A DNA stretch of 64,000 bases, taken from assembly GCF_009914755.1 (NCBI RefSeq), contig NC_060935.1. One strand, given 5' to 3'. Each line of letters opens with the position of its first letter. The stretch's first letter is position 1. A program made the translations under genes and the position numbers. Positions 23,131 to 37,791 of the stretch are shown here, piece after piece. Origin of the DNA: the human T2T-CHM13v2.0 reference genome, Homo sapiens. The notes beneath the pieces were generated by a model. The model was not told the DNA's origin, did not search any database, and was given only the letters and a program-made list of their open reading frames with translations.

Positions 23131-25257
23131 GTGACTACTATCGCCCCCCATTTACATTCAAGAAAACGGAAACTTCTAGCTCACAGTGGAAACTGTGCCC
23201 CAGCTTAGGGTGTCTTGAGGGAAATCTAACCCAGAGGCAAGAGGCTGGAGGAGAGAACTCTGGAGGGCCCAGGCAGGGACCCTAGAGTTCTCTCATCTTG
23301 GCTTATTGTGGGAGCCACTTCCCTGGCTTTCAAAGAGAGCAGAATTCAGCCACAGGCCACATCCCCTTCCTGCCCCATCCACCAGCCCACCATGACAAAG
23401 GGGCCCCTCCCATCCATCCTCCTGAGAAGATACCCACCTCCTGTCCTCAGCTGCTCCTCTTCCCTCTCTCCCAGGGAGGAGCCCAGCCCCTCTCTGGCTG
23501 CCACTGAGCCCTGGCACGCCCAGGCCAGATCCGAGGGCCTCCACTTCATCCCCCAGGCAGGCCACTGGTCTCCGAAGGGCACCCTCAGCCTCCTTCCCTG
23601 AAGGTCCCACCAACCTAGGGAAAGAGCTCAGGCTTGGGGGTCTGGGCGAGTTCGGGGGAATGAGAACCCTAACTCTGAGGGGAACTCGCAAGGCCTGACA
23701 GGTTCACCATCGGGAAAATGAGAACACATAGAACCAGAGGAAGTGCCTGGCACGGGGCACAGGGCACTGGGAAGGCTGGGAAGGAACGTCAGTTTCACCT
23801 CTTGCTCTTTTCCTTGGTTTGCATCAGAGACACAAGTTGGCCTGTCCCAGAGTCCTCGCTGACAAAGCAGTCTGACCCGTGTGACATCCCCACCAAGGGC
23901 AGTTCAGTTCAGCAAGGATTGACTGCTCAGCACCAGGCCCACGGTGGCTGCTGGGGAGTGAGAGTGGTGGGCAAAGAACAGAAGGGCAGGGGCCCTGCCC
24001 TGGGAGAACACACAGTTGATGTGTTGGGGCGGGTGGCGGGGGGGACACTGAGGAATGAAATTCCTAGCTGGTGGTTTTCCTATTTTCAGAGTGAAGGCGC
24101 TGCGGCAGCACAAGACCTGGATGCTTCCCCCACAGAGCTGGACTTAGAGGCCTGCACCGCTTTTGACTTCCCCACTGACCCTGGCCTGGCCCTTTCCTTC
24201 CCCCTCCTCCCGGCCTCCTTTGCTGTCCTCCTGACTGTACAATCCCAGGCTCTCTCTGACTCCCACCCTTTCCTTTGCCTCCTTCTCTCTGGCCTTGGTC
24301 CCTGGCTTTCTCCCTTCAGCTCCCTGGTTGCCTTCTGGAAAGACACCTGCCCACCTCTGGCTACTCCACACCCAGAGGCTATTGGCAGCACCTGGGACCC
24401 ACCTTCTGCTCCCTCAACCCCCCAGGGAGAGTGTAGGCCAGCCATCAGGCCCATTTGTACCCTGGTCATTTCCTACCTGGGTCATTTCCATGTGGAGTGG
24501 AGGGAGTTTTACAGAAAAATGTCAGCCATGCAAACAAGCACACATCTCCTGGCAGCTGGCCAGGAGAGTGAGGTGTGAGAAAATCTCACTACTGTTTTGA
24601 GACTAAACTCCTAGCTCTCTGCTTCCATGGCTGTTCTAGCTACCACTACCCCAGTGCCTTGGGAACTCCTTCCTGAGGCTCCAGCCTGGGAAACAGAGCT
24701 CTGGGCCTTCTATTCCCAGCCTTGTTATCTTCCTTGGAGTTCCCACCTCGGGCCCATGTTCCTCCCTCCTGAGCCTATCAGCAGCTTCACCCCTGAATCA
24801 CCTCCCAACTCCCTGCTTGGAGCCCTTGCCTACCCTTCCCCACTTTGCACCCCGCTTCTGAGCTTCTCCACCACTCTTGGCACAATAGGTGGGTTTCCCT
24901 CCAGGCCTGAGGGCAGCCAGGAAACCAACTACATACTTAAAGACTCAGTGTGGCAGAGGGGAGACACTGGGTCCACCCTCAAGGGGGTGAGTCACCAGGA
25001 GCCACCCCTGGGCCCAGCACACCTAACGCTCCTATGGTCTGTACTGCCCCACCCCCCAAGCCCAGCAGTCTTCCCAGCTGCAGCCCCAGGCAGGTCTCTT
25101 CCGCCCCCACTTAGCCTTCCAGGGCCGTCCTGGGTCCCTCCAGGCTGTGGTCCTAGCCGTGCCTCTCCCCACTCCAGGCCTGCAGAGGTTGATCGCCATT
25201 GAGTTCTGTGGACTAGAGGCTGGTTCTCTCTTCCTGCTTTTCCCTTGGGGCTGGACA

Positions 25258-25418
25258 TCAGTGATCAAGTGAGGCACTTGCCCAGGCTGCACAATTTAAG
25301 AGCGTGCCCAAATAATCAAGATAAATCATGTTTTAATGAAATATTTTTAAAATCTGCATTAACGGGAAAAGTCCAAGGTGAATAAAATATCAGAATTTTA
25401 AGTAAAGACAGGATCAGC
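25258..25418 (+). mobile_element. MER96B-like hAT relic
   Basis: gtgaggcacttgcc...aatcaagataaat...taaagacaggatcag. Confidence 0.55.
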
Positions 25419-25819
25419 TTTCCATCTGGATTTTGTCTCCCCCTTTTATTACTCACATGTTAGCAGGGCCCCATTTCCCCTCGTGATTATTCCTTCTACT
25501 TTCTGCAGGATATTGTCCCAGCTGCTCAAAACATCCAGGCCAACCAAGAGCAAGGAAGGCCTCTTCCCAGGGGGTGAGCTCCCTCTCTGCACAGAGCAGA
25601 CCTGAGCCCTAGAGAGCTGTTGTCTTCACTGTGAATTTCCACCCTGAGTTCCTTCTTTTTTGTGCCGTATTACTTCATTTTTGGTCTTCCATGAATCTGC
25701 ATGGCTTACATGTTCTTTGTTGTGGCTGAACAGGAGTCCTCAGAATTAAGCAAACTGGTGCCTGCCTGACCATTTGTTGAACATAGCACTTGCTACCAAT
25801 CTGTTCTAAGATTTTTTTT

Positions 25820-26050
25820 TTTAAATTAACAATGCATCAATAATAAGTTAACAATTAAATGAAGGCTGACAAATGTGCACACCTGTGTAACCATTATGAC
25901 AATCAAAATCTAGAACATCCCCATCACCCCAAAAAGTTTCCTCCCACCTCTTGCAGTCAATTCTCCACCCCATCCCAGCCCCAGACAATCACTGATCTGC
26001 TTCCTGTCACTAGAGGTTAATTTTCCCTTTTCTGGAATCTCATCTAAATC
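25820..26050 (-). mobile_element. Old L1M 3' fragment
   Basis: agaacatccccatcaccccaaaaagtttcc...caatcactgatctgcttcctgtcact. Confidence 0.7.
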
Positions 26051-26613
26051 TCCCCTAAGATTTAATGCTGAACCCTGAGCGCAGCCCAGCCGCGCCACTG
26101 CCTCAGGACTCACATCAGGTGCTAGGTCATCCAGATATGATAAGAGGAGGCCAGATCATGTGGAGAGATTTTTTTTTCAAGCCAAGAGAAAACAGCCCAT
26201 GAGTCCATACCGAGTCCCTGGTCCCCAGCTAGCCTCTCAGCAGCTCTAAGGGAGGCTCTCAGGGGACTCTGCTGGTGGGGCAACTCTAAGGTTCCCTATT
26301 TCCAGCAGATACTGGGCTTCTCCCCTGGATAAAGAGGAAAGAGGAGGGAGAAAGGACTGGGACACCCGAAGGGGAGGCCAGAAGATAAGTGTGGGCAGGA
26401 AACCAAAAGACCACCTGATGACTCCCCAGTAGGCCTGTGGTTCAGACAGTCTAGGATCTTAAACGCAGGGGCCCCAGGGTTTCTCTTAGTCATGGAGTTT
26501 ACTGCCCCTTTGTGTCTTGTTCAGGGCAACAGGGGGCAGAGTGGGACAAATCCCTGCTCTTCTTCTGATAATCGGCATTCCTGTCATTGCATGATCCACA
26601 CTCCATGATTAAA

Positions 26614-26994
<381 letters not shown>

Positions 26995-28123
26995 TCAAGT
27001 TGGCCCCTACCCCCTTGAAGAATGGGCAGTGGGCAGTGGAGGAGGCTGCCCCTGCCCTCCAGGACCTCCCAGGCAAGAGCAGCCGAGCCCTCTCAGGTGG
27101 ACCCTCTGCAACACCCCTGCCTGGTGGCTGCCCGGCCCGTGCCCAGATCGCTCCATCTGGGGATAGTTCTGACTGACTAGGCACCACCTGTTTCCAAAGA
27201 AGGATTTGACATAGCTGCTTTTCCTTGTAATTCACCCCAACCGTGTGTCTGTAGCTCCTTGTTCCCCTCTGTGGGGACCCACAGCAGAAGTCAAATCCCA
27301 CTTCCCCAAGACAGCCCTTTTCACACTCGAGGGCGACAGCTCGGTGATCCTCTGCGTCTGCACTTTTCCCACCTGTTCCTTCGCTTGCTCCTGCTGTGAG
27401 GTGGTTCCAACCCCTCCCTCAGCGAATTTCTCCAAAACAAGGCCCACGGGCCACAGCCCTCCTGAAGTGCCGGCCACAGCCGTGTTTACACGTGCTTATT
27501 CTGACTCTTTACATAAAACCCACCGTTGCTCACTGGAAATACCCAGTGGGCTGCTGCTCATTTTTCCACAGAAATGAGGCAGCTGCAGACAGACCCGTGA
27601 TGCTGACAGACAGGGCTTAAGCCTGGCAGGGACAAGCATGGGTCCCACCCGCACACATTGGAGCTGAACATTCACAGAGCGGGTGAGGGTGAGAGTTGCT
27701 GACTACTGTGACCGCAAGAATCCCACCTTCAGACGGGACCATCCTTAACTCCCCTCGAACCATCTGAGAAGGCTTTCTCGAGTAGGAGGTGAGATTCCAG
27801 AGGCTACACAAATGACAGAGAGACAGCCTGGTGTTCTAGGCTGCCAGGAGGCACTTGACAGGCCCGGGAAGGGGACATTCAGAGCGGTGAGTGTGGAGTG
27901 GTTTGTAGAAGGGACTTTACGGTCAGACAGCTGTGGAATCACAGCTCTGCCGTGTACCGCCTCTATGTTCCTTGAGCAAGCTAATGGCCATCTCAGAACC
28001 TCAGTTTCCTCATCCACCAAATGGAGATAATGATTCCTCGTAGAGTATTTCTGTCCATTCAGTGAAATCATTTGTATAACACATTTGGCACAGGACCTGG
28101 TCCCTAGTGCCCACATATGATTA

Positions 28124-28144
28124 TACACACACACACACACCACT

Positions 28145-28172
<28 letters not shown>
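28124..28172. repeat. Interrupted (CA)n microsatellite
   Basis: Two CA runs separated by cacta. Confidence 0.9.
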
Positions 28173-28178
<6 letters not shown>

Positions 28179-28225
28179 GTATAGACTATACGTGGTCATG
28201 GTTTCAACAACAAATAGGACTCTGA

Positions 28226-28551
<326 letters not shown>

Positions 28552-30366
28552 AGATCTGTGCTTTGGATCTGAAGTCCAAAGAGAAGTGTCCTTTGCTAGA
28601 GATTCGGTGGAATAAGATCTGGCCTAAGACTTCAGACCTGGGCTTTTGTTGAGATTGTTACTTCCTCCCAGCTGACCCCTGGACCACAGCTTTCTCATCT
28701 TAAAAAGTGAGGTCCTTTTCAACCCTGGAGAGACTAGAGGTCTCCAAGTAGGACGATTTGGCACAAAAGAAGGAAGTCAACAAAGGTAATCAGGTGATCT
28801 GGAGCTCCTTGTCAAAGAACTGTGAAACAGAAAATCTGAGGGGGAGACACAGAGTCACAGTTTGAGAAAGAAGAAAATGCCCCTCAGCACGGCCCAGAAA
28901 GATAGGAACAGAAGAATGGTCAAAACCAGAGGGAAGGCAAAAACAGGTGCAAGATGCAATCAATAAAAACTATAAGGAGAAACGACATTTTTTTTCATGG
29001 ATAAAAATAAAAAGAACACCAGGAAATAATAACTCATATTTGCAAAGTGCTAGCCCATATATATTATTTCATTTTGTCCTCCGAGCACACTCAAATATAG
29101 TTCTTATTACCCTCTTCATCTTCCAACAAGGAAGCAAAGACACAAAGAAATACACTTCCCAGCGTCAACAATTCATGAAGGATGGAGCTAATTCTCACAT
29201 TCATTACATTGATTTGTTCTAAAGCTATGTTTTCTGTCTCCACATCTATGTTCTTACCATAACAGTGTCAGCTGGCACAGAGAGGTATAATGAGTCATTG
29301 TATTTTAAAATGTTCTTAATGTCAGTCTACTGTTTTGATAATAAAATTTAAAATGTTAAATCGGTACATTCTTGTTAGAACCTTTATCTATTCTCTTTAC
29401 AACTCACAGTATTTGAAAAGAAATACTTGATTTTGATGCCTTTCTTTTCCCAGTTTCATTTCTCAGCTGCTTCAGACAGATGTGTTTTTATCCGAGCAGG
29501 TGATGAGTGTGAAGTCACCGAAGGTGAACTCCTGCAGGTCCCCAGATTAATCATGCTGTGTTTTGTCAACTGTCACCCAAAGACAGACACTTATATTGTT
29601 TGCTCAGTGAAAAGGAAATTTTATGCATTTTGATTTTTTTTGCTTTTCGAATGTGAATCATTTAAGAAGCATACAAAGTTACCCAGACTTCAAGCCTAGT
29701 TAACGTAATAAATTTCAGATCTTTGAGCATGCAGCTACACGATTTCATTTCTTTTATAGTATTTTAGAGTTTGGAAAGAAAACAGAGCCTTTCTGCTTTT
29801 TCAGCTTTCAAAAGACTTTTCTGCTTAGAACAAATTCATCTAAAGGAATATGATCTTTTTTTTTTTCTGTGCACATAGAAAAGTGGAACAAACTCCAAGG
29901 TCATTTCCTAACCCAAGTGTTACACTCCTGCTGTAGCTCTCGGGAGGAGACTATGCCACTCTGCATCCTTTGACCTCACTTAATCTGACTTGGCCCTGAG
30001 TAGAGAAGCTTATACACACTGAGTCAGACCCACAGGCAAACAGGACCAGGAGGCTGTCTCCAGCAGACGACATTTAGTGATATCTTCCAGTGTGATATTA
30101 AGACTTGTAATATCACATTCCCTTCCTTTATCTCATCTGGTCCTCAGGACAATCCTCCAAGGTACATAGGACAAGTAACATTCTTGCTAAAGCCCAGAGA
30201 GGCTGGACAACCTGCTCAAAGCCACAAGGCTGGTGGCTTGGCTGAGCCTCGCAGCAAAGTACCTCCAAAGCTATGCCCTTTGCAACATTAATGGTACATT
30301 CCAGACAGCCTCAGGGTCCCTTCATAGCTATGATAGATACAACATTCGTGAAGATATGAACACTGG

Positions 30367-30674
<308 letters not shown>

Positions 30675-31748
30675 GATACGAACACTTCCCTTGAACCTGT
30701 CTTTATTCCCAACCTGTAGCACTTCTTCGAGGCAACACGTCATGGCCTACGCCCAGCCCTGGGTTGGCTACTCCCCAGAAGTGGAACCTTGGTCAGTCAC
30801 TTCACTTTAGTTCTCTCAACTGTGATCCAGCAAAGATGTGTCTGCTCTGCCTGTCCCTTAAAGATCAAGTGATATGTGAGATGGATCTTGGGGAACTCTG
30901 AAGTACTATAATGACATTGGACATTCTTACTGTAAGTTTAAAACTCTCTGCAAACAGATCTCCCTACCTTTGTCTTCACACAATACTTGTGAGTTCTAAG
31001 ACGCTCCTCTTCTAACCTGTCAGAATTCAGTTCGGCCTTGGAGGATTTACAGATTTCTATTGTTTTCCTTCTCAGCCTTAGTTCTCCCAAACTGAGGCGT
31101 TATGATATTTCTGGCAGCTCCTGACAGAGCCCCTGTAACCATAAAAGCACTGAGTGAGGGGCATAACACAAAGAGAGGAAAAGGTTTCCAGCTGAATTCC
31201 GAAATTCTCCCTGAAAACATCCAGATTCCATTGGTCTTTTGGGCTATGGCCACCTTGGACCGCCCACGAGTAGGCTGCATTCAAAATTGTCTATCATAAT
31301 GCCAGGACCCCTTCCTTGAGTCAGAATGTCTGGCTCAGGACCTGTGGCCCTAAAGAGAGTCATGAAGCATTTTGCAGAGATGTTCTCCCTTCCATTTTAG
31401 CAAATCAAAACCCACTCCCTCAGCCCCTGAATCCTGCTTAGTTTTTACACATTCCATAAACAATTACTTACAGTGTAACTGTCATGTTCCAAATACTGCT
31501 CAGGCCACTAAAACAGAGCAGGAACAGCCTGACTCTGTGCGTGTCCTCATGACCTTCGTCTTCAGTGAGGAACCTCATGCCCCTTTATGCTTGCCCTCCT
31601 CACCTTGGGGCCTTGCTGCTAGAAAAATGATTGCCAATGTTTATTGGAGCCTCTTTATGTGCAGTGTCTTCATAGCAACCTCATGCATAGATATTTTTAT
31701 TCCCATTTTACAGATGAAGAAGAAACCAAGGCTCAAAAAGGGTAAGTA

Positions 31749-32027
31749 GCTCACACCTGTAATCCCAGCATTTTGGAGGCCGAGGCGGGTGGATCACCTG
31801 AAGTCAGGAGCTCGAGACCAGCCTGGCCAACATGGCAAAACCCCGTCTCTACTAAAAAAACAAAAATTAGACAGGCCTGGCGGCATACGCCTGTAATTCC
31901 ACTACTCGGGAGGTTGAGGCATGAGAATCACTTGAACCCAGGAGGTGAAGGTTGTAGTGAGCCAAGATGGTGCCCACTGCACTCCAGCCTGGGTGACAAA
32001 GTGAGACTTCACCTCAAAAAAAAAAAA

Positions 32028-32059
<32 letters not shown>

Positions 32060-32070
32060 AAAAAGAAAAA
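31749..32070 (+). mobile_element. AluS, slightly 5'-truncated, inserted in a MIR
   Basis: TSD gggtaagta; (GAAA)n tail; MIR halves on both sides. Confidence 0.9.
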
Positions 32071-34319
32071 ACATGGGGTAAGTAATTTGCCCAAGACCAC
32101 ATAGCTGACAAGTGCTGGAAATGGGGTTAGCATCCCAAATCCGTCTGACTTCTGAAACTGCTTTTAATGTTGCTCTGTGCTCTCTATCCAATCTCCCAAC
32201 TCAACATCACCTTCAGATGTGGAAATGTTTTTGTTATTCTGTCCTCCAGAGAATTCATGAAGCTTTCAATAAGGTCTATCCACACAGAGATTCTTGGAGA
32301 GGGTTACTGGACGATGCTTTGTGTAGACAAGCTTCCAATTTTCTCTATGGTTGGTTTTCTGTTAGAAACAGCTCCCTTTCTTTAAGGCAATATAACATCA
32401 TAGTTCAGAGTGTAGACCAGATTACGGCTTTTTTAAAAGCTGTAGAGTGTACAGGTTCCTCTACTTTCTGTTGGAATTCTGATTACATTCCTGACAAGCT
32501 TACTATCTGAATCTCAGTCTCTTTATCCACAAAACAGGGAGAATGACATCTATCTCAGGTTGTAAAGATTAAATGAGATAACATCAATGAAAATGATAGT
32601 GTATGGCATTATACGACTTTATTATACAATTTTTCTCTTAATCGTAATTTTTTCAATAGCCTTGGGTGTTGGACTTTTTTAACATATTAAGAAAGTCTAA
32701 AACAAATGTTGCAAACTCGCTGCTGTCAAGCTGGATTAACAGATGTATTTCATTCCATTTGGACAGTATTATTATCTGAATTAATTGCCAAAATTTAAAA
32801 ATCCAAAGAAGTCTGGTCTGCCTGCTAACATTGACCAGTACTTTGCCTCTACCATGCACTCAATAAATACTTACTAATTGATTGATAGAATTCTTTTGCA
32901 TCCCCTCAGAAGATCTAGCACAAATCTAGGCAATCAGTTATTCAATAAATAAGCCTTTATTGAATCTCTACTATGTACCAAACAATAGTTGCTTAATAAC
33001 TTAATTGCTTCTTGTGGTCTTCTCATCACAAAGAAAAATTACTGTGTCCTATAAAATAACCCTAATTGAATTAATCACAGCTCTACTCTCATGAGATGGT
33101 TCTTACATCACACATACATTCTTCAAAGTTAACTAGAAGGAGAGCCTGGATTTCTAGAATTATAGATTTAAGGAGTATGGGCAATGGATGGTTGAGACCT
33201 TGGTCTCTGAGTCAGGCAGACCTGGATTTGAATACAGGCTCCACCACATGGAAGGCCTGTGACTTGGAGCAAATAATTGACTTCTCAATCCTCCATGTCC
33301 TCCTCTGTAATCCAGGCAGGAGAACAGGATCTGCCGTATAGGGATGTGGGTATGAAATGAGATCGTGTGGGTAGAGCCGTCACACAGAGTAAGTGTGCAG
33401 CGGATATTAACAATCGGACGCGCAGAACATGGGAACTGGAAGGAATTTCAGAGATCCTCTCTTCTGAGCAGTTGTTCCCTTAAACTTCTGATTCCAGAGC
33501 AGCCCTCTGACATCTTGCGGCAGGGTATTTGAGAGGCCAGGATTCTAAAGACCCACTTCCTGTGCTTGGTCTGTCCTCCTAGGCCTCAGCCCATGCCTCA
33601 GAGTCTGAGGCTGCCCCAGGCTCCTTTGGTTCAACACTGAACCACAGGCTGTGGCATAGGAGTGAGTTCAGAGCCTCAAGGCTAACCCCAAGTTTAACCA
33701 GCCAACCATCTTCAGCCCTGCCTGGACCCACCTGGGGCCCACTTGCTCTAGGTTCCAGTTTTGGGATGAGGAGTAAGGAAGACCAGAGAGTCCTCCTGTG
33801 CCACCACCTGATCCTCTGCTCAGCACCAGGTGCCCTGGCTGTCCACTCACCCCCAGTGCCTGGCAGAGCCAGTTCTCCCAGTCTGCACTGGGCCAGGGCT
33901 GGTGTGAGGCAGAGCAGCTGAGTCACGGCCCCTCGTTCAGTTTAATTACCTATGTGTGCAGATGACACACACAGAGGGGCTAACGAGGGTAATTACTCCG
34001 GGTGGGGTGAGCCCAGCTGACTAAGAATGCTTTGTTCTAGATGCAGAGAGCTGGGAGAACATTGCCAGAAGTGCTTCCTGAGCCTGGACCTTGTCTGGCC
34101 CTCCAAGACCCCTTCCCACCATCTCCCAGCACTTCCAAAGGCCAGGGAGCTGAGGTCCTAGACGGGGAGGGTGCATGTTCACAAATAGTATGAGTTGCCA
34201 CCTGTCAATTGTGCATTTCTAGGTCCAGAGACCAGCTCATGGGACAAGGGCCACCTGCTGTGTCTCCTCTAGAGCCAGGAGGCTATCGGAAGGGGCAGAT
34301 CCATTCATTCATTTCACCA

Positions 34320-35560
34320 TAAAATTTTAACAGCTGTATTGAGATAGAATTTACATACCATACTGTTCACCCATTTAAAGTATACAATTAGATGGTTTTT
34401 GGTATATTCAGGGTTGTGTAAGATTGACCATCACAATAAACGTTAGAACATTTTCATCATTCCCAAAAGAAATACCCTACTCTTTAGCACTTACTTCCCC
34501 AGCTTCCCTCCCCCAAGCCCTAAGGCAACCACGAATCTACTTTCTGTGCCTGTAGATGTGTCTATTCTGGTCATTTCCTGTAAGTGGACTCATGCAGTGT
34601 GTGGTCTTCTGTGGCTGGCTCCTTTCATTCATCATCATATTTTCAAGGTCCATCTGCGCTGTGGCTTATGTTGGGACTCAGAAAACAACACCTCAAAATG
34701 AAGACCTCAGAAACAAAAGTTTTTCTCTGACCTGCTCCTGCCCTCCTGTTTCTCAGTCCCATTCTCCCCCGAGGCCAGCCGTTGAGACTGGAATCCCTCT
34801 TTTCCAAGGTGGGTCATAGAAACCCAAACTCCTTTTCTCCAAAGCCAGCCATAAAACCTAAAAGTATCAATCTCTCTCCCCAACTCCACACCGCCAGTGT
34901 AAAAACTGGCCATAAAACATGATGTGACCTACCTTACCTGACTGTAGTTCATTAGACCCTCATACCCAGAAGGAAGGAACACATGCTCAAAGGGGTCAAC
35001 AAAAATCTAGATGGACAGCCTTGCTGGATTTCCATACTCACTCTGTTAGCATTAGATCAGACCCTTTTTGTCCAATCGTATTTCTCCACACAGCTGTCTA
35101 TACTTTGTTGAACCTAAGCATAAAAATGGACAACTTCCCCTGTATCTTTGGGTCTTCATTCTGAAAGCTCCTGTGTCACCTAAAACTATGGTCAAATAAA
35201 TTTATGTACCTTTTCTCCTATTAATCTGCCTTATGTGAGTGATTTTCAACAAAACTTCAGAGGGTGAAGCAGAATTTTTCCCTTGGACTTGACGCTTGTA
35301 TCAGTACTTCATTTCTTTGTATTGTGAATAACTGTGGATAACACTCCATTGTGTGGATATGCCACATTTTATTTATCTATTCATCAGGTGATAGCCGTTT
35401 GAATTGTTTCCCCTTTTGGGCTATCATGAATAATGGTGCTATCAACTGATGTGCAAGTTTTTGCATGAGCTTATATTTTCAGTTCTTTTGGGGATATCCA
35501 TAGGAGTGGAATTGCTGGGTCATATGGTAACTCTGTTAACCTTCTGGGGAAATTTTCCAC
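34320..35560 (-). mobile_element. L1MB-type 3' fragment interrupted by a MER39 LTR
   Basis: ttcacccatttaaagtatacaa... and ...ggagtggaattgctgggtcatatggtaactc. Confidence 0.75.
34669..35294 (+). mobile_element. MER39 (ERV1) solo LTR
   Basis: tgttgggactcagaaaacaacacctcaaaatgaag start; AATAAA near the 3' end; 4-bp TSD ctta/cttg. Confidence 0.8.
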
Positions 35561-35734
35561 AAATAATTTTGAGAGCCTCCTATATGCAAGGTCTGGGCTA
35601 GGTGCTGGGGGTTCCAAACAAATCTTGTGAAAAGTTAGGAACAAATTCTGGTGAATAATACATGAGGATTCTAATAAGGAATCCACATTTTAGTAAGTGC
35701 TAAGGATTACAGGAATGAGCCACCAACCTGGAAT

Positions 35735-36510
35735 GAAGCTTGTTAATGTCTACAAAAAAAGGCCAAATAGAATTTTGATTAGGATTGCAAAACTCTGTAG
35801 ATCAATATGGGGAGAAATAAACAATATTGAGTCTTATGATCCATGAACATAGTATATCTCTCTATTTTTTTTAGGTGTTCTTTAATTTCTCTCAGAAACA
35901 TTTTGTAGTTTGCAGTGTATAGCTCTTACATACATTCTGTTAAATTTATCCCTAAAGATGTCATGTTTGTCAATGTGACTATATATAGTATTTTTAAAAA
36001 TATCTATTTCCAATTGTTCATTGCTAGAAATGCAATTGATTTTTGCGTATTGACTTTGGACACTTCGGCCTTGCTAAAATTACTTATGAGATATTTTGTT
36101 CAATTCCTTGAGTTTTTTTTTTAATGCAGATGTTGTTTGTGAAAGCAGTTTTATCTGTTTCTTTCCAATATATATACCTTTTATTTGCTTTTAGTACTTT
36201 GCTGTTCTAGTACAATATTGAGTTGAAATGTAATTATTTCTTGCTAGGGTTTTAGTACAATGTTGAATAAAATGATGAAAACAGGCATCTTTGCCTTGCT
36301 CTTGATTTTTGGGAGAAATCGTTAGTCTTTCACCATTAAGAGATATGTTAGCTATAGATATCAATGTCCCTTATCAAGTTGAGGAAGTTCATAGTTTCCC
36401 AAGAGTTTTAAACCATAAATAGAAGTTAAAATATGTCAAATGCTTTCTCTGCACCTATTGAGATGATCATTTTTTTTAGTATATTGATATGGTGAATTAC
36501 ATTGATGGCA
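35735..36510 (-). mobile_element. Old L1M ORF2 fragment
   Basis: caatattgagtcttatgatccatgaacat and gtcaaatgctttctctgcacctattgagatgatc. Confidence 0.75.
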
Positions 36511-37639
36511 CTACCTGATTTACATTTTTAAAAGATATCTCAGAGGTAAACCAGAGAAAGGCAGGGAGAGCAGTTTAGAGGTCCCTGTTATTATCTAGGT
36601 GAGAGATGATGGGGACTTTGGCCAGGCTGGTAGCCATGGATCTGTTTTAGAAGTAGACCTGACTTGCTGCAAGATCACATGAGGGAAATGATGTTAAGAT
36701 GACTCCAAAAGGTTTTACTAGATAACTGAGAGGATGAAAATGCCATTTCTATCTCATGTAAAGGAAGAGGTCTGTTTTTGGTGGAGGTCTTGGAGCACTG
36801 TAGTTCTTGGAACTTTCTTCCACATACCAAGCCCCTTTGCCATCAGCACTGTGGAGATTTCAAGGCTGGATCCCAGAATATTAGGCAGACTTGGGTCCTC
36901 GCATGGACTGTGCCAGTCCCTAACAGTGTGTGAAGGAGGGTCAGCCTCTGACCCCCAAATACAACCCACCTAGGAAAGGCATACACTGGATATGGCCTTC
37001 ACGGAAAGAAGGACGAGGAAGGGACTCTCTGGGACAGCACCTGGCTCTTTCCCCAGAGATCTCTTTTAGCTTCTCTAGTGGAGGTCAGAGAGACTGGGGA
37101 AGGGGAAAGCCAGGACAGAGGTGAGACAGAGGAAATGACATCACCAAGTGATCCTGACCTCGTGATCACGGTCGGAGACAAGCAGCCTTAGAAGCTCAGG
37201 CAATAAGAGGTAGGGAGGAGACAGCAGCAAAGGAGAGAATGAAGAAGAGAAAGAAGTATATTATGTCATCAATAGGAACAACAATGGCAACTCCAGCCAG
37301 CCCTGGGAGCTTGGGGAAAAATGAATTAATGGATGCACATATAACTAACTCACCCTAGATGAGAATCAGAGTGCCACAAAAAAACTTTAGATTAGCTAGA
37401 GCAATGGTTTTCATTCCTGGCCTCATATCAAAACCATCAGTGGGAAGTTTTACAAATCACTGACACCTGGGTCTCATACCAACCAAATCTCTGGCAGGAA
37501 AGCCTGAGTATTGGTATTGTTAAAAGAGACTCCTTGCCTATTCTAATTAGCAGCCAGGACCAAGAACGCTTGTTCTAATCAAACTTCTTCATCTTACAGA
37601 AGAGGAAACTGAGAAGCAGTGTTGGGCAGAGATTAGCGT

Positions 37640-37791
37640 TAAGATGACTGATGTCCTGGTTTGCCCAGAACTGAGGGAGTTTCCAGGATGCAGAACTTTC
37701 AGTTCTAAAACCAGAACAGTCCCAGAATGTGGGACTTTTAGTGCTAAAACTGGGAAAGCCCCGGGCAAACCTGGATGCGCTGGCCATCCTA
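37640..37791. mobile_element. MER81-like hAT-Blackjack MITE with an internal duplication
   Basis: Inverted termini gtcctggtttgccc ... gggcaaacctggatg. Confidence 0.7.

Noticed and set aside
23718-24578. Longest ORF in the window (286 aa, plus strand)
   Set aside because: No recognisable domain or exon structure; consistent with a chance ORF in GC-rich DNA.
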